A stretch of 64,000 nucleotides of DNA from the IMG/VR virus record IMGVR_UViG_3300033155_000498, positions 14,394 through 78,393 of that record; one strand, 5' to 3'. Source of the DNA: a virus. Positions 9,743 to 20,051 of the stretch are shown piece by piece. Below the pieces are notes generated by a model. The model ran no database searches, had not been told where the DNA came from, and was given only the letters and a program-made list of their open reading frames with translations. Numbering within the stretch: the stretch's first letter is position 1; the number at the start of each line of letters is the position of its first letter. A program made the translations under genes and the position numbers.

Positions 9743-10801
9743 TTATTTAACTAGTTCTGGTTTGTAAACTGAACGTAAGCCAAGTGCTTCTGTGTTGAAC
9801 TTAACAAGAGCTTTAAGTGCTGGCTCTGTAATAAGTCCATGTAAGATATCAACTGTCTTGTTACCATTCTGTCCAATTACCCAATCGTACTTGCCAATCT
9901 TCTTTTCTAAGATAGCAATTGATTCTGGATTCTTTGACATTTGCTCACATGCTGTACGGAACTTTTCAGTATTAGGATTGCCTTTGTTAACCCATAACGC
10001 TTTCTGAATACTATCGCGCCATGTTTTAATAAGTAGGTACGCATCGTATAACTCACCACTCGGATATACACCGTGCTTCGCTTTAAATACATCTCTGAAC
10101 AATTTACCAGGATAGTTAATATCGTCTTCAGTTTTACCTGTTGCAATATTAAGTACACCATGATGGAACCAAGTTTCAGCTGAATTCACGTCAATGAATG
10201 GAACTACCTTAGACTTATATGCTGCTGGATTTTCACGTGTGCCAAGTAGCTCACCTTTAGCAAATGCTAAACGTCTGCCTTTACCGTTTACCCATGTAAC
10301 TTTGTCTTTAAAGATTGCAATGTACTCATCAACAGTTTTACCTGGACCACCAATCATCATAGCAATAGATAATCCTTCCGGTACCATACCACTACCAGCT
10401 GAGAAACTAAATCCGTTATCTTCGTTAACGCCTGTGCGCTTTGCGACAATGATGTTTAAGTTTTGATGGCAAATTGAATCGTATTCTTTGTAGTCGTACT
10501 TTACTTTTTCTTGTACGTACGAAATACCGTTGCCGCCATGTGATACCATAATTGTGTTGTTATCAAAACGACTTGTTTTATGGAACTTGTTGAAACCTGC
10601 TTGATCACGTGCGCCAGGATTGTAAGAAATAATAACATTCTCATCCTTAAGTGCTGGTGTCTTGGCTAGTTCCGTTGCAATGATGCCTGCCCATTGACTT
10701 GTACCTTTACCTGGTTTCTGTGGTACCATTAAAGTAACATCTGCAAATGCTGATGTGGTAATTGCTAATAACATTACTGCTATTATAGTTTTAATTTTCA
10801 T
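9743..10801 (-). CDS. tctC: Tripartite tricarboxylate transporter substrate-binding protein (TctC/Bug-like)
   Basis: Signal peptide ending AFA; VTLMVPQKPGKGTS and PGA motifs; adjacent to TctA. Confidence 0.75.
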   Translation of the reverse strand: MKIKTIIAVMLLAITTSAFADVTLMVPQKPGKGTSQWAGIIATELAKTPALKDENVIISYNPGARDQAGFNKFHKTSRFDNNTIMVSHGGNGISYVQEKVKYDYKEYDSICHQNLNIIVAKRTGVNEDNGFSFSAGSGMVPEGLSIAMMIGGPGKTVDEYIAIFKDKVTWVNGKGRRLAFAKGELLGTRENPAAYKSKVVPFIDVNSAETWFHHGVLNIATGKTEDDINYPGKLFRDVFKAKHGVYPSGELYDAYLLIKTWRDSIQKALWVNKGNPNTEKFRTACEQMSKNPESIAILEKKIGKYDWVIGQNGNKTVDILHGLITEPALKALVKFNTEALGLRSVYKPELVK

Positions 10802-10858
10802 TCTAATTCTAATTTTCCTGGTGTTACGATCAAGTCCTTTAGCTAACTTGCCGGGTTA

Positions 10859-12430
10859 CTACGAGTAATCAACAATGCCCTTGTTCTTCCAGCCCCATAT
10901 AGAGACTACAACAATAACAAGTGCAATGCCAATAAATGTTGGGTGGTTAAGTAAGTCATTGCTCGGTAATGACGCAATAGCTAGTTGACCTTCACCAACG
11001 TGATACCCGAATATCTCTTTAAGCCTAAGTAAGGGATATCCAGCTATATTAAATAATTGAAAAGTTTGTATCGTTAACTCTTCAATTTTGTATCCTAATA
11101 TAAACCCGATCATCAATGCGGGCCTACTAAATTCGTATACCTTCGCCATGTAGCCTACTATTGTAAATACAATTAGTAGCACGACATTTTCTATACCGTA
11201 AGTTCCAAAGCCTGATGTGTATGTTGCCCATACTATTAAAGATAGTATTATGGGAAAGTAATATTTATATGGCACATAGACTATGCGGGAAATATATTTA
11301 ATTGTGAACAGGCAAATGATTCCTGTTAGTAAAGTTGCTGCCAAAAAGCCTAAACTCATAGCATTAAAGAAGAGCGGATCTTTAAGAACATTTTCACTGT
11401 CTAATGACAGGTCAAAACCGATAGCAGTAAACAATCCTATTATAACAGCGGCAAACGGTGCGCCAGGTATTCCAAATAATACTGTTGGGATCATACTTGT
11501 TGCTTTCTGTGCGTTGTTGCTACCTTCTGGCCCAATGACACCTTTAATATTGCCATTGCCGAATTCCTCTTTTGGGTTCGTTGCAACGGTTTGTCCGTAT
11601 GCTAACCAGTCACTTACTGTGCCGCCTATGCCTGGTAAAAATCCAACAACAGAACCAATCGCACCACCCTTTAACGATAGTTTCCATTCTTTAAAAGATA
11701 TTGTAAATCCATCTTTGACTTGTTGCCAATCGTCTACTTTATGATGCTTGGAGAATATCGATTCTTTTTGTAACGCAATTATCATTTCAGGCATTGCAAA
11801 TATACCTGCCATAAGTGGAATTAACGGAATACCTTGACCACCATCGCCTTCTAAGAATTCCCAGCCCATTGTAAAACGTGGCGCTGCCGTAATCGGATCT
11901 GTTCCTATTAGGCTTAAAAATATACCAACCCCAAGTGCAATTAATGAACGTAACCAAAACTTATTAGACACGAAGCTAACTGTTATAAATGCAAGTATAC
12001 AAAATGCAAAAAGTTCAGACTGTCCAATGCCGCCCTGACTAGCAGGTAGTAATAAGAAGTCTTTGTAATAAGGTAATAACAAGAATGTTAACGCGCCGAA
12101 CAATAGTCCGTTGATAGTTGATGTTGTAATGGCTGCTGATAGTGCATAACTTGCCTTGCCTTGTTGTGCAAGTGGAAAGCCGTCTACCATTGTTGCTGCT
12201 GAACTGTTCGAGCCAGGTATCCCTAGTAAAATAGCTGCGAATGTATCACCTGTTGTACTCGACGCGACTACTGCCATTATGAATACAACTGAAAGATAAG
12301 GGTCAACACTTTGTAACATAATTATAAAAGGAAATAGTGCAACTAATCCTGTAGTCGCGCCTGCTGCTGGCACAAGTCCTATAAACAATCCGTAAAATGT
12401 TCCTGCTAATAAAGCTAATAAGTATGTCAT
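10859..12430 (-). CDS. tctA: Tripartite tricarboxylate transporter large permease TctA
   Basis: Multi-TM; GIPGSNSSAATMVDGFPLAQQGKA, GFLPGIGG, PEGSNNA, second GIPG. Confidence 0.9.
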   Translation of the reverse strand: MTYLLALLAGTFYGLFIGLVPAAGATTGLVALFPFIIMLQSVDPYLSVVFIMAVVASSTTGDTFAAILLGIPGSNSSAATMVDGFPLAQQGKASYALSAAITTSTINGLLFGALTFLLLPYYKDFLLLPASQGGIGQSELFAFCILAFITVSFVSNKFWLRSLIALGVGIFLSLIGTDPITAAPRFTMGWEFLEGDGGQGIPLIPLMAGIFAMPEMIIALQKESIFSKHHKVDDWQQVKDGFTISFKEWKLSLKGGAIGSVVGFLPGIGGTVSDWLAYGQTVATNPKEEFGNGNIKGVIGPEGSNNAQKATSMIPTVLFGIPGAPFAAVIIGLFTAIGFDLSLDSENVLKDPLFFNAMSLGFLAATLLTGIICLFTIKYISRIVYVPYKYYFPIILSLIVWATYTSGFGTYGIENVVLLIVFTIVGYMAKVYEFSRPALMIGFILGYKIEELTIQTFQLFNIAGYPLLRLKEIFGYHVGEGQLAIASLPSNDLLNHPTFIGIALVIVVVSIWGWKNKGIVDYS

Positions 12431-13017
12431 GGTCTATATATTGTTACTAGCGTGTCTAAATTTGATCTTGGTAAAATTGCTCCTTTAATACCAAAGTTCT
12501 CATCTATCCACTTCGATGTAAAGTAGTCCCACTTAAGGTTTTTATAAAATGCAAAACGTAACATCGCTTCGTTCTGCTCACGTATGCAATATGTCATCCT
12601 AGAATTATCGATATAATGTTTATAATCAGGATATGTAATGCCAAAGCCGCCAGCCGCTTGCCACCATTCCATGCAAAGGTCATTCGGCCTATACACTAGC
12701 ATTGTCCATGCATTGTGCTTAACAGAGTGAGCTTCTAGATAACCCGGGATGCCGAACAACCACTCGTGACTCTTAGCAATCATTGTCCCTGCGGCAGGAT
12801 CTTTGTACGCTTGTGGAACTAGATAGGGGTCTGCTTCAAACTCCATCCCAGTACCGAAGTATGCTCCTGTGTGTCCTGAATACGAATGATGTGTGTATGT
12901 ACGTTCGGGGGTTCTATCTGTTGTATTAAATTGCGGATGTTCTTCTAACACCTGTGCGATCCCGCTCCACTTAGAGCCAGGTGCACCTGTAAAGAATATT
13001 TTCTTAGGTAATATCAC
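12427..13017 (-). CDS. Hypothetical, sulfotransferase/P-loop-like protein
   Basis: N-terminal IFFTGAPGSKWSGI; AKSH; LVYRP. Confidence 0.4.
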   Translation of the reverse strand: MILPKKIFFTGAPGSKWSGIAQVLEEHPQFNTTDRTPERTYTHHSYSGHTGAYFGTGMEFEADPYLVPQAYKDPAAGTMIAKSHEWLFGIPGYLEAHSVKHNAWTMLVYRPNDLCMEWWQAAGGFGITYPDYKHYIDNSRMTYCIREQNEAMLRFAFYKNLKWDYFTSKWIDENFGIKGAILPRSNLDTLVTIYRP

Positions 13018-13748
13018 TATACAAATTTCCCGTACACTCTGTGATTCATTTCAGTCCAGTGCATTAGTATATAATCTAGTGCTGCTTCGTGTGCTTTTTC
13101 TAGTGGGTGCCACATTGGGCTAATAGGATATTTGTAATCCTTACTCCACTGGTAAAATCCTCTACTCTCAAACCATTTAATATCATTTCCGTGTACGTTT
13201 TGCAAGGTTTGCATTAGCGGCGTTTTGTAGTGTGGATCAAAATAAATCATATCATCAATACACGTTGCAATATAATCTATGTCATTTAGTTTAAGGTAAT
13301 CTAGTACTAAGTTAATAGCTTTTAACGATTCAATCTGATCCCAAGTAGAATTGTGTAAGTGCTTATAATATAGCTCGTGGTAGTCTGAGTCTTCTGTACC
13401 AGAAGGGCGAACTGTATGCCATTGCTGTTCTTCATCATTGTAAAAATCATAACGGTCGCGCCATGTAAAATTAATACTAACTAGATCACCCGGTTGTATT
13501 CGTTGAACGTTTTCAAAGAAACGTCTAACAATCGATTGATTACTGCATCCTTGTTCAGCTAAACATACATAGTTCAATTCTAGTTTGTTTGCTAATAGTG
13601 CTTGCCAAGTGAAACGCGAATACAACGTGTCAAATGGTTTTTGCCTGCGTTCTTCTTTTGACAATTTGTTCCATTCAAAATCGCGCATGGTATCGGACAT
13701 ATCCGACCCCCATGTAAAGCTATCTCCAAACGCTATCATTTTAGCCAT
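13017..13748 (-). CDS. SGNH/GDSL hydrolase-like protein
   Basis: FGDSFTWG, GCSN, C-terminal HP..AH. Confidence 0.7.
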   Translation of the reverse strand: MAKMIAFGDSFTWGSDMSDTMRDFEWNKLSKEERRQKPFDTLYSRFTWQALLANKLELNYVCLAEQGCSNQSIVRRFFENVQRIQPGDLVSINFTWRDRYDFYNDEEQQWHTVRPSGTEDSDYHELYYKHLHNSTWDQIESLKAINLVLDYLKLNDIDYIATCIDDMIYFDPHYKTPLMQTLQNVHGNDIKWFESRGFYQWSKDYKYPISPMWHPLEKAHEAALDYILMHWTEMNHRVYGKFV

Positions 13749-13972
13749 AGATAAATTAATCCTGGTATGATAATAAAAAACTGTGGCAGGAAGTTCAGCA
13801 TCATTGCTTTCTCATTCCATCTATATGCAACATAGACCCAACCACTTGCACCTAGCAATTGAAGATAACTGTTGTATGGTGTGATTCCTAACACATGGAA
13901 GACCATAGCGATAAGTATAATAGTGGCAGACGTCCACTTAATAAAAACGGTTAATTTATCATCATCATGCAT
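13736..13972 (-). CDS. Small membrane protein (about 3 TM)
   Basis: Hydrophobic 78 aa; overlaps the next gene. Confidence 0.6.
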   Translation of the reverse strand: MHDDDKLTVFIKWTSATIILIAMVFHVLGITPYNSYLQLLGASGWVYVAYRWNEKAMMLNFLPQFFIIIPGLIYLWLK

Positions 13973-14503
13973 AATCAGAAATTCCTAAATAAGTACTTCG
14001 CCAACACGTGGTGTTCTAGCACAAGTAAGTATATTTACAGTGGCTACACCATCCTTGACAAATTATCCGACTCGGATAACGTCATTGACGTTGGGTGTGG
14101 ATCAAATCCGTTTAAGGGTAAAATCAAAAACTTAATTGGTATAGATCCCACGGATGTTGGTGCTGATGTTGTTACTACAATTGAAAACTTTACACCCAAT
14201 ACAAAGTTCAACGTAGCATTATGTCTTGGTTCCATCAACTTCGGCGATGAACACATTATAGCAAACCAAATTAAAAAAGTCAATGATTTATTATTACCTA
14301 GTGCCAGGGTCTTTTGGCGACTTAATCCAGGACAACACGATCACAATAACGAGTTATGCAACGACATAGATTTCTATCCATGGACTTTTGAAGAACTAAA
14401 TATGTACGCGATCAAATACAACTTTAAACAAATAAACTGTGCTTTTGACAGTAACGGACAACACATGCGTCTATACGCAGAATGGATAAGACATGACAAC
14501 TAA
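13967..14503 (+). CDS. Class I SAM-dependent methyltransferase
   Basis: VIDVGCGSN, GIDP, ALCLGSINFG. Confidence 0.8.
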   Translation: MHNQKFLNKYFANTWCSSTSKYIYSGYTILDKLSDSDNVIDVGCGSNPFKGKIKNLIGIDPTDVGADVVTTIENFTPNTKFNVALCLGSINFGDEHIIANQIKKVNDLLLPSARVFWRLNPGQHDHNNELCNDIDFYPWTFEELNMYAIKYNFKQINCAFDSNGQHMRLYAEWIRHDN

Positions 14504-15029
14504 AGGCTGGACTGGTGATAACACATGGAGACTAAAAATTTGGTCTCCCGAATGGACATACGAGTATAGCCATTATGCTATACTAGATAAAATAAATCCA
14601 GACACAGACTCGGTTGTGGATGTCGGTTGTGGAACTAACATGTTTCACGGTAAGATTAAACACTTAGTTGCATTTGATCCTACGCCTTGCAGTGATGATA
14701 GCATCGCTCCGTATATTATATCAACACTTGAAAATTTTGAAACAACTGAAAAGTTTGATGTTGCGTTATGCTTAGGGTCTATTCAATTCGGCACTGATGA
14801 TGATATGATTAGGCAAATTGAAAAAATAAACGGTATGCTAAAACCATCATGTAAAGTATTTTGGAGATTTAGACTCGAAGATGATAGTCCTGAAAAATAC
14901 CTGTATAATTGGACCTTATCTAGATTACAAGAGTTTGCCGATCAGTACGGATTCACGCAACAAGAAGAACACGTCGATACTAATATTAAAGGTGTCTTGC
15001 CTAGGCAATATGTTGAATGGGTTAGATAA
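14493..15029 (+). CDS. Class I SAM-dependent methyltransferase (tandem paralog)
   Basis: VVDVGCGTN, FDVALCLGSIQFG, YVEWVR; clear paralog of the previous ORF. Confidence 0.8.
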   Translation: MTTKGWTGDNTWRLKIWSPEWTYEYSHYAILDKINPDTDSVVDVGCGTNMFHGKIKHLVAFDPTPCSDDSIAPYIISTLENFETTEKFDVALCLGSIQFGTDDDMIRQIEKINGMLKPSCKVFWRFRLEDDSPEKYLYNWTLSRLQEFADQYGFTQQEEHVDTNIKGVLPRQYVEWVR

Positions 15030-15587
15030 TTATTTTTTAACTGGTAAGTGTGCTAACGTACGAAACGCATTCATTTCATCATCAGTACTTCTGTAAATAT
15101 TCTTATGTGGTAAGCCAGATGCTAAACGCATTTCATTTAATTCCATCTCGTGAGTTTCGCGATATGATTGCGGGCTTAGAATTAACTCTCTTGCTAGTAC
15201 TTCTTCATCAAATCCAAATTCATTACCATCGTATGTGACAGTCCAATCTGTTATTTCTAAATCAGTTAGTGTATTAAAATCTTCTAGCATCTCTTTCATT
15301 TGTGCAATTAATTGAGTCCTACGTTGAATTTCAACAAATACCAAATACCTGTTTGGTTCAATCTCGCCAGGTGAACGATCAGCATCAATTACCCATGTGT
15401 AGCCGGTTTCAAACCACTTAACTAAGTCTTCTGCTACAACAATATTATGTACGTAAAAGCTCAATACAACATAAGCATCATCGTCACCAACTTTGCTTTT
15501 AAACTCGTCAACATATACAGTAGGCTTAATCATGTCTACCATATCTTTGTATTCTAGGCCTTCGTTAAGCGAATGGGTTTTCTTCAT
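15030..15587 (-). CDS. Hypothetical phage protein
   Basis: ORF; N-terminal SLNE; overlaps upstream gene. Confidence 0.6.
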   Translation of the reverse strand: MKKTHSLNEGLEYKDMVDMIKPTVYVDEFKSKVGDDDAYVVLSFYVHNIVVAEDLVKWFETGYTWVIDADRSPGEIEPNRYLVFVEIQRRTQLIAQMKEMLEDFNTLTDLEITDWTVTYDGNEFGFDEEVLARELILSPQSYRETHEMELNEMRLASGLPHKNIYRSTDDEMNAFRTLAHLPVKK

Positions 15588-16158
15588 CTTCTAAGTCCTG
15601 TTGTTCTGCTGCTTCATCGGCAAACTCTTCTTCGTCGTTGTCAATATTAGCATCCTGATCGAGATCTTCCTCATAACCAAGATCCAAGTCTTCAAGATCA
15701 ATTTCTTGTCCTTCAAGCTCAATACTACCACTACGTATATCTGCGATAAGATCCTTTGGCATTGTAATCTCAACTAACCAAATTGGCATATCGTCTAAGA
15801 TAGGTTTCTTTGTACCGGACCTAAAGTCGTCTTTATCTTCAACTTTACGTGGTATTTTCATTGTGGTTTTCTTAAATTTAATCTTACAATCAAATGGAAG
15901 TAACCGTCTAGCACCCTTTGGGTCTGGCATTAAGTGCCCGGGCCACATAAATGTACACGCTACGGTATATCGAGTAACTTCTGGGCCTTCGACCAATTCA
16001 CCTAGTATCCAGTTTTTAAATGCATACAAGTCAATTTCGTCAAGCACACCTTCAAAGTCTAGTAAGGTAGTTAAGCTACCATCACTCATGTAAATGTCTT
16101 TGATAGTGTCGGCTATTGCCCAGTAATCGGTATCTTTTGAAAAGAGTTCATCATTCAT
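15565..16158 (-). CDS. Hypothetical phage protein with acidic C-terminus
   Basis: ORF with TAAATA-N5-ATG. Confidence 0.6.
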   Translation of the reverse strand: MNDELFSKDTDYWAIADTIKDIYMSDGSLTTLLDFEGVLDEIDLYAFKNWILGELVEGPEVTRYTVACTFMWPGHLMPDPKGARRLLPFDCKIKFKKTTMKIPRKVEDKDDFRSGTKKPILDDMPIWLVEITMPKDLIADIRSGSIELEGQEIDLEDLDLGYEEDLDQDANIDNDEEEFADEAAEQQDLEDEENPFA

Positions 16159-16306
16159 AGTGTTATTTATGACTATCTAATAGGATGGGAGTAATTGACT
16201 AGTTGTAAATCAACCGTGTTATTTATCTTAAAATAATCCAGAATATGTACATATACTCGTGCCTGGTTGTTGAAGTAAATATTATTGCAAAGAGGAGATT
16301 TTCGAT

Positions 16307-17035
16307 TTGACAAAGAAACAAAAAGCAAAACTTAAAAAGAAAGGCAGTGTAGTTAGTTTTAATGACGCATTGAAAGTAAAAGCAAAAACAAGAGATATAA
16401 AATTAATACCTAAATCAGTAAATCAAGAGAAGTACATTTTTAGTTTATTGGACGACCAGCAAGATATAGTCATTGCATACGGTCCAGCCGGAACTGGCAA
16501 AACTTACCTAGCGATGCAAGCCGCTATAAAGAACTTGCGAAACGGGCTATGCGAACGCATAGTTTTAACCAGACCAGCAGTGGGAGTAGAAGACGAAAAA
16601 CATGGATTCTTGCCAGGCACCCTAGAGGAGAAGATGGCACCATGGACGCGTCCATTACTTGATGTAATGAGAGAATATTATACACCACTCGAAATAACGA
16701 GAATGCTAGAAAACCAAATAGTCGAGATAGCACCCCTAGCGTTTATGCGTGGTCGTACGTTTAAAGACTCGTGGATTATTGGCGACGAGATGCAAAATGC
16801 AACTCCAGGCCAAATGAAGATGCTACTAACCCGCATTGGCGAAGGGAGCAAGATTATAATTACAGGCGATATCGAACAAACGGATAAGCGCAAGAAAGAC
16901 AACGGTCTTATTGACTTATGTAATCGACTAGAAGAATCAGTTGATGGTATTTCACAATGTGAACTAACTAAGAAGGATATCCAACGCCACAGAATTATTG
17001 AATCTGTGTTAGGAATGTATAACGACGTTACGTAA
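16307..17035 (+). CDS. phoH: PhoH-like ATPase
   Basis: GPAGTGKT, LTRPAV, GFLPG, FMRGRTF, DEMQN, TGD; TTG start with AGGAG. Confidence 0.95.
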   Translation: MTKKQKAKLKKKGSVVSFNDALKVKAKTRDIKLIPKSVNQEKYIFSLLDDQQDIVIAYGPAGTGKTYLAMQAAIKNLRNGLCERIVLTRPAVGVEDEKHGFLPGTLEEKMAPWTRPLLDVMREYYTPLEITRMLENQIVEIAPLAFMRGRTFKDSWIIGDEMQNATPGQMKMLLTRIGEGSKIIITGDIEQTDKRKKDNGLIDLCNRLEESVDGISQCELTKKDIQRHRIIESVLGMYNDVT

Positions 17036-17609
17036 GAATCTTATAGATTTCTTTCCAGTTTTTAACTAAAGGAATGTCTGGGTTTTTATAATTCATGTTA
17101 AACCCGTGCTCCATGAGTATTGGCTTAAGGCCAAATGTCAGGCCGTCTTCTGCGTTTTGAATATTGTCTTCAATCCAGTAGTCACCAGAGTTAACAAAAT
17201 CAATCAGATACTTCTTTTTAGGAGCGCCAATCGGCAGACATTCGATGTGTTCAAATGTGCTCTCACCGAACAGTTTGTTTAGATTCATTATACGTAGTCT
17301 AGCGACATTCTCATCTTCGCTAACACTTGTAATAACGTGGAATACATATCCGTGGTCTTCATGCAACATTCTAACATACTGCATTGCATCACGCAAGGGC
17401 GGTAGGAAACCTATTGAGGCAGACTCATTAAAGTTTTTAACAAGCCGTATTACTTTCTTATCCTCAAGACCATACTGATCAGCAACTTTATAAAACAATC
17501 CTTGATCCATTACAACAGGATCATGGCCGTGATGATCTAGCCATACATGGAAAGCAAATTCCCAATTCAACAAAACGCCATCAGCATCAACTAGAATTCG
17601 TTTGTTCAT
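17028..17609 (-). CDS. HAD-superfamily 5'(3')-deoxyribonucleotidase-like protein
   Basis: ILVDADGVL (DxDGV), WIEDN. Confidence 0.75.
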   Translation of the reverse strand: MNKRILVDADGVLLNWEFAFHVWLDHHGHDPVVMDQGLFYKVADQYGLEDKKVIRLVKNFNESASIGFLPPLRDAMQYVRMLHEDHGYVFHVITSVSEDENVARLRIMNLNKLFGESTFEHIECLPIGAPKKKYLIDFVNSGDYWIEDNIQNAEDGLTFGLKPILMEHGFNMNYKNPDIPLVKNWKEIYKILT

Positions 17610-17874
17610 TTTTCACCTTTTTTACGAAGAACTTCTTATGTAATAGTAAAGCACATATAAACCCAAGTGCTCCACCTGTGCCAATCCACAGTGCGGAAGC
17701 CCATCCTATCTTAACAACATACAAAATTAATGCTATGTCTGCAAATGCAATAGCATAACTCGTTACAGCACCCCAAACAAAAAGTCTATGTATGACGTTC
17801 TGCTGTTGAAGTACTCTTAACGTGACAAGGCAGAATGCTGCCAATGTCATTAATAGACCGCTAGTCAGATCCAT
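17587..17874 (-). CDS. Small membrane protein
   Basis: Three hydrophobic segments. Confidence 0.55.
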   Translation of the reverse strand: MDLTSGLLMTLAAFCLVTLRVLQQQNVIHRLFVWGAVTSYAIAFADIALILYVVKIGWASALWIGTGGALGFICALLLHKKFFVKKVKNEQTNSS

Positions 17875-18259
17875 CTTCAGTCTTGGCTTCTACTGCCGCA
17901 GCTACTTCTGCTTTTAACTCAGCTTCAACACCTTCAACAATTTCAGCAGGTACATCATCATTAATAATGGTGCTTGCCATTTCTGTTGCTGCTGTTAATA
18001 CCTCGTACTTCGCTTCTAACTGGCTAATAACCTGTGTGTAATGTGTCTTGTAAAAGTTATTGATAGTGGCAAAGTCTTTGCTATCCACTTCATCGCCAAG
18101 CTCACCTTGGAAGCGTGACTTAATAATTTTGCGATCCTTGTAATCAATAATAACAGATGCAGTATTTAAATACTTGTTTCTAATTTTATTATCAACTTTA
18201 ATTGTTTCGTTGTATTTCCCAAGTGGTGTCTGGTGATACGTTACTATAAAATATCTCAT
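17861..18259 (-). CDS. Hypothetical protein
   Basis: ORF in tight operon. Confidence 0.55.
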   Translation of the reverse strand: MRYFIVTYHQTPLGKYNETIKVDNKIRNKYLNTASVIIDYKDRKIIKSRFQGELGDEVDSKDFATINNFYKTHYTQVISQLEAKYEVLTAATEMASTIINDDVPAEIVEGVEAELKAEVAAAVEAKTEDGSD

Positions 18260-18549
18260 TATGTCTCCTTAAAATTTAATCCCCGTGTCCATAACTCTTT
18301 AATAATCTCCGAGCTTACATTATCTGGGTGTTCCGGGGAATAGTCCACGCCGTCGATAAATTTAGGTTCCCATGAGATTTCCCATAAGTTATAATTATTG
18401 CGAATTTCCCTACCAAGTGTATGATGGTATTGCGACAAAGCCCTATCATCCCATCCTGTCTTAAAGAACCAATCTCTATCGTCCTCAGTCCACTCTTCCT
18501 TAACAATTCGTTGCAGATCCTTAATTATTTTTTCGTGTTCTTCTCTCAT
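18259..18549 (-). CDS. Hypothetical protein
   Basis: ORF; HHTLGREIRNNYNLW...HPD. Confidence 0.55.
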   Translation of the reverse strand: MREEHEKIIKDLQRIVKEEWTEDDRDWFFKTGWDDRALSQYHHTLGREIRNNYNLWEISWEPKFIDGVDYSPEHPDNVSSEIIKELWTRGLNFKET

Positions 18550-19472
18550 TTAGCACCTTGCACCAACTCTATTAACGTTGCCGACAAGTTAATTTCTGGA
18601 TCAGCAACTAACGCATGGTTTACTAACCCTGTACGAATTGTTAAGATAGCTGCATCTTGTTCTTCTTCTGTATCGCCCCATAAGCCAATTGAATCATACA
18701 TCCAACGGTAAACACTTTCGATCTCTTCTGGTCTGATACTTGCACAAATAACTTCGCGCGCCTTTGTGTACTGTTGTTTCTTCATTAAGTCAATGACTGC
18801 CACCTTCCAATCATCACCTGCGCCGCTTTCATCACCGTGCGGTTGGACAAGTGTACCTGTGGTGCTGTTCATTTGCACAAGGTTTAAACACTTACGTAAA
18901 TCTGGATAGGTCGCTTTTACATAATTGTCAAGCGTATCGATATCAAACTCAACTTCTTCTGTGATTAATACTTCTGCTACTCTTGCAGTAAACTCAGTTG
19001 CATCAATCTTGTTAATGTGGAAACCCTGGCAACGTGAATGCAGTGGTCCGATAATCTTATTTGCAAGATTACATGTTAGAATAAAACGGGCAGACGTTGC
19101 GTATGTTTCCATAACACCACGTAACATACCTTGAGCATTAGGTGATAAGTAGTCTGCTTCATCTAACAACACAACTTTGAAATCACCAAATGGCATTGTT
19201 TGTACAAAACCTATAATCCTTTCACGTATATGGTCTACACCAGTCTCACGGCTTGCATTAACTTCCATTAAATCATAATCATCAACACCGCATTGGTTAA
19301 TTAAGATCTTCGCAAGCGTTGTTTTTCCTGTACCAGGTGGCCCACTGAATAATAAATGTGGAATAGATTTTTCTTCGATCCACGTTTGAATTTGTTTCTT
19401 TTGCGCTTCATCTCTAAATACGTAACCTTCAATTGAATCCGGTCTGTACTTCTCAGTCCATAGTTCTTGCAT
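18546..19472 (-). CDS. Sliding-clamp loader ATPase (T4 gp44 / RFC small subunit-like)
   Basis: LWTEKYRP, GPPGTGKTT, NAS, LDEAD, SRC. Confidence 0.93.
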   Translation of the reverse strand: MQELWTEKYRPDSIEGYVFRDEAQKKQIQTWIEEKSIPHLLFSGPPGTGKTTLAKILINQCGVDDYDLMEVNASRETGVDHIRERIIGFVQTMPFGDFKVVLLDEADYLSPNAQGMLRGVMETYATSARFILTCNLANKIIGPLHSRCQGFHINKIDATEFTARVAEVLITEEVEFDIDTLDNYVKATYPDLRKCLNLVQMNSTTGTLVQPHGDESGAGDDWKVAVIDLMKKQQYTKAREVICASIRPEEIESVYRWMYDSIGLWGDTEEEQDAAILTIRTGLVNHALVADPEINLSATLIELVQGAK

Positions 19473-19872
19473 TAACTGTTCTCTCTCTTAAATTGGTTGT
19501 GCTAAACGAGTGCTTTCTACTATTATACACAAGTTCAATGCCATTGTCTAGGCAAATCTGTTTTCCGGTGAAGTCCATATCTTTATATTCTTCACCTATA
19601 AATCGTTTATTAATATGATATGTGCGTAGGATATCTAAAACTTCAGCTTCAGTAGCATACGGAATAATCTCGTCTACGTATTTGCAGCCTTCTAACTGTA
19701 CATAACGCTCAAACACGGATTGAATTGGTTTGTTCTTTCCCGGTCTGTCTAACGTAGGATCCGTTTGTAAGCATACAATCATATGGTCGCATTGTGCATG
19801 AGCTTCTTTAAGCATCGCAACATGACCAGCATGGAACAGATCAAACGCAGAAAATACTATTCCTACTGTCAT
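19453..19872 (-). CDS. Glycerol-3-phosphate cytidylyltransferase (TagD-like)
   Basis: FDLFHAGH, RKHSFSTT. Confidence 0.85.
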   Translation of the reverse strand: MTVGIVFSAFDLFHAGHVAMLKEAHAQCDHMIVCLQTDPTLDRPGKNKPIQSVFERYVQLEGCKYVDEIIPYATEAEVLDILRTYHINKRFIGEEYKDMDFTGKQICLDNGIELVYNSRKHSFSTTNLRERTVNARTMD

Positions 19873-20051
19873 CGGTATATCACCCTTGTTACTCTCTTAT
19901 AAGGAAAATATGGCTTGACCAACGATTGTATGCTAACCTTAGGATTGTAATTATGTTGCTTTCCCCAAATATCGAATAGTCGTAATTGTTCTTCATCTCG
20001 GATACAAATAATGTTACTAGCAATTTCTTTATCTAATAACTCAGTGTTCAT
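19869..20051 (-). CDS. Hypothetical protein
   Basis: ATGA overlaps on both sides. Confidence 0.45.
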   Translation of the reverse strand: MNTELLDKEIASNIICIRDEEQLRLFDIWGKQHNYNPKVSIQSLVKPYFPYKRVTRVIYR

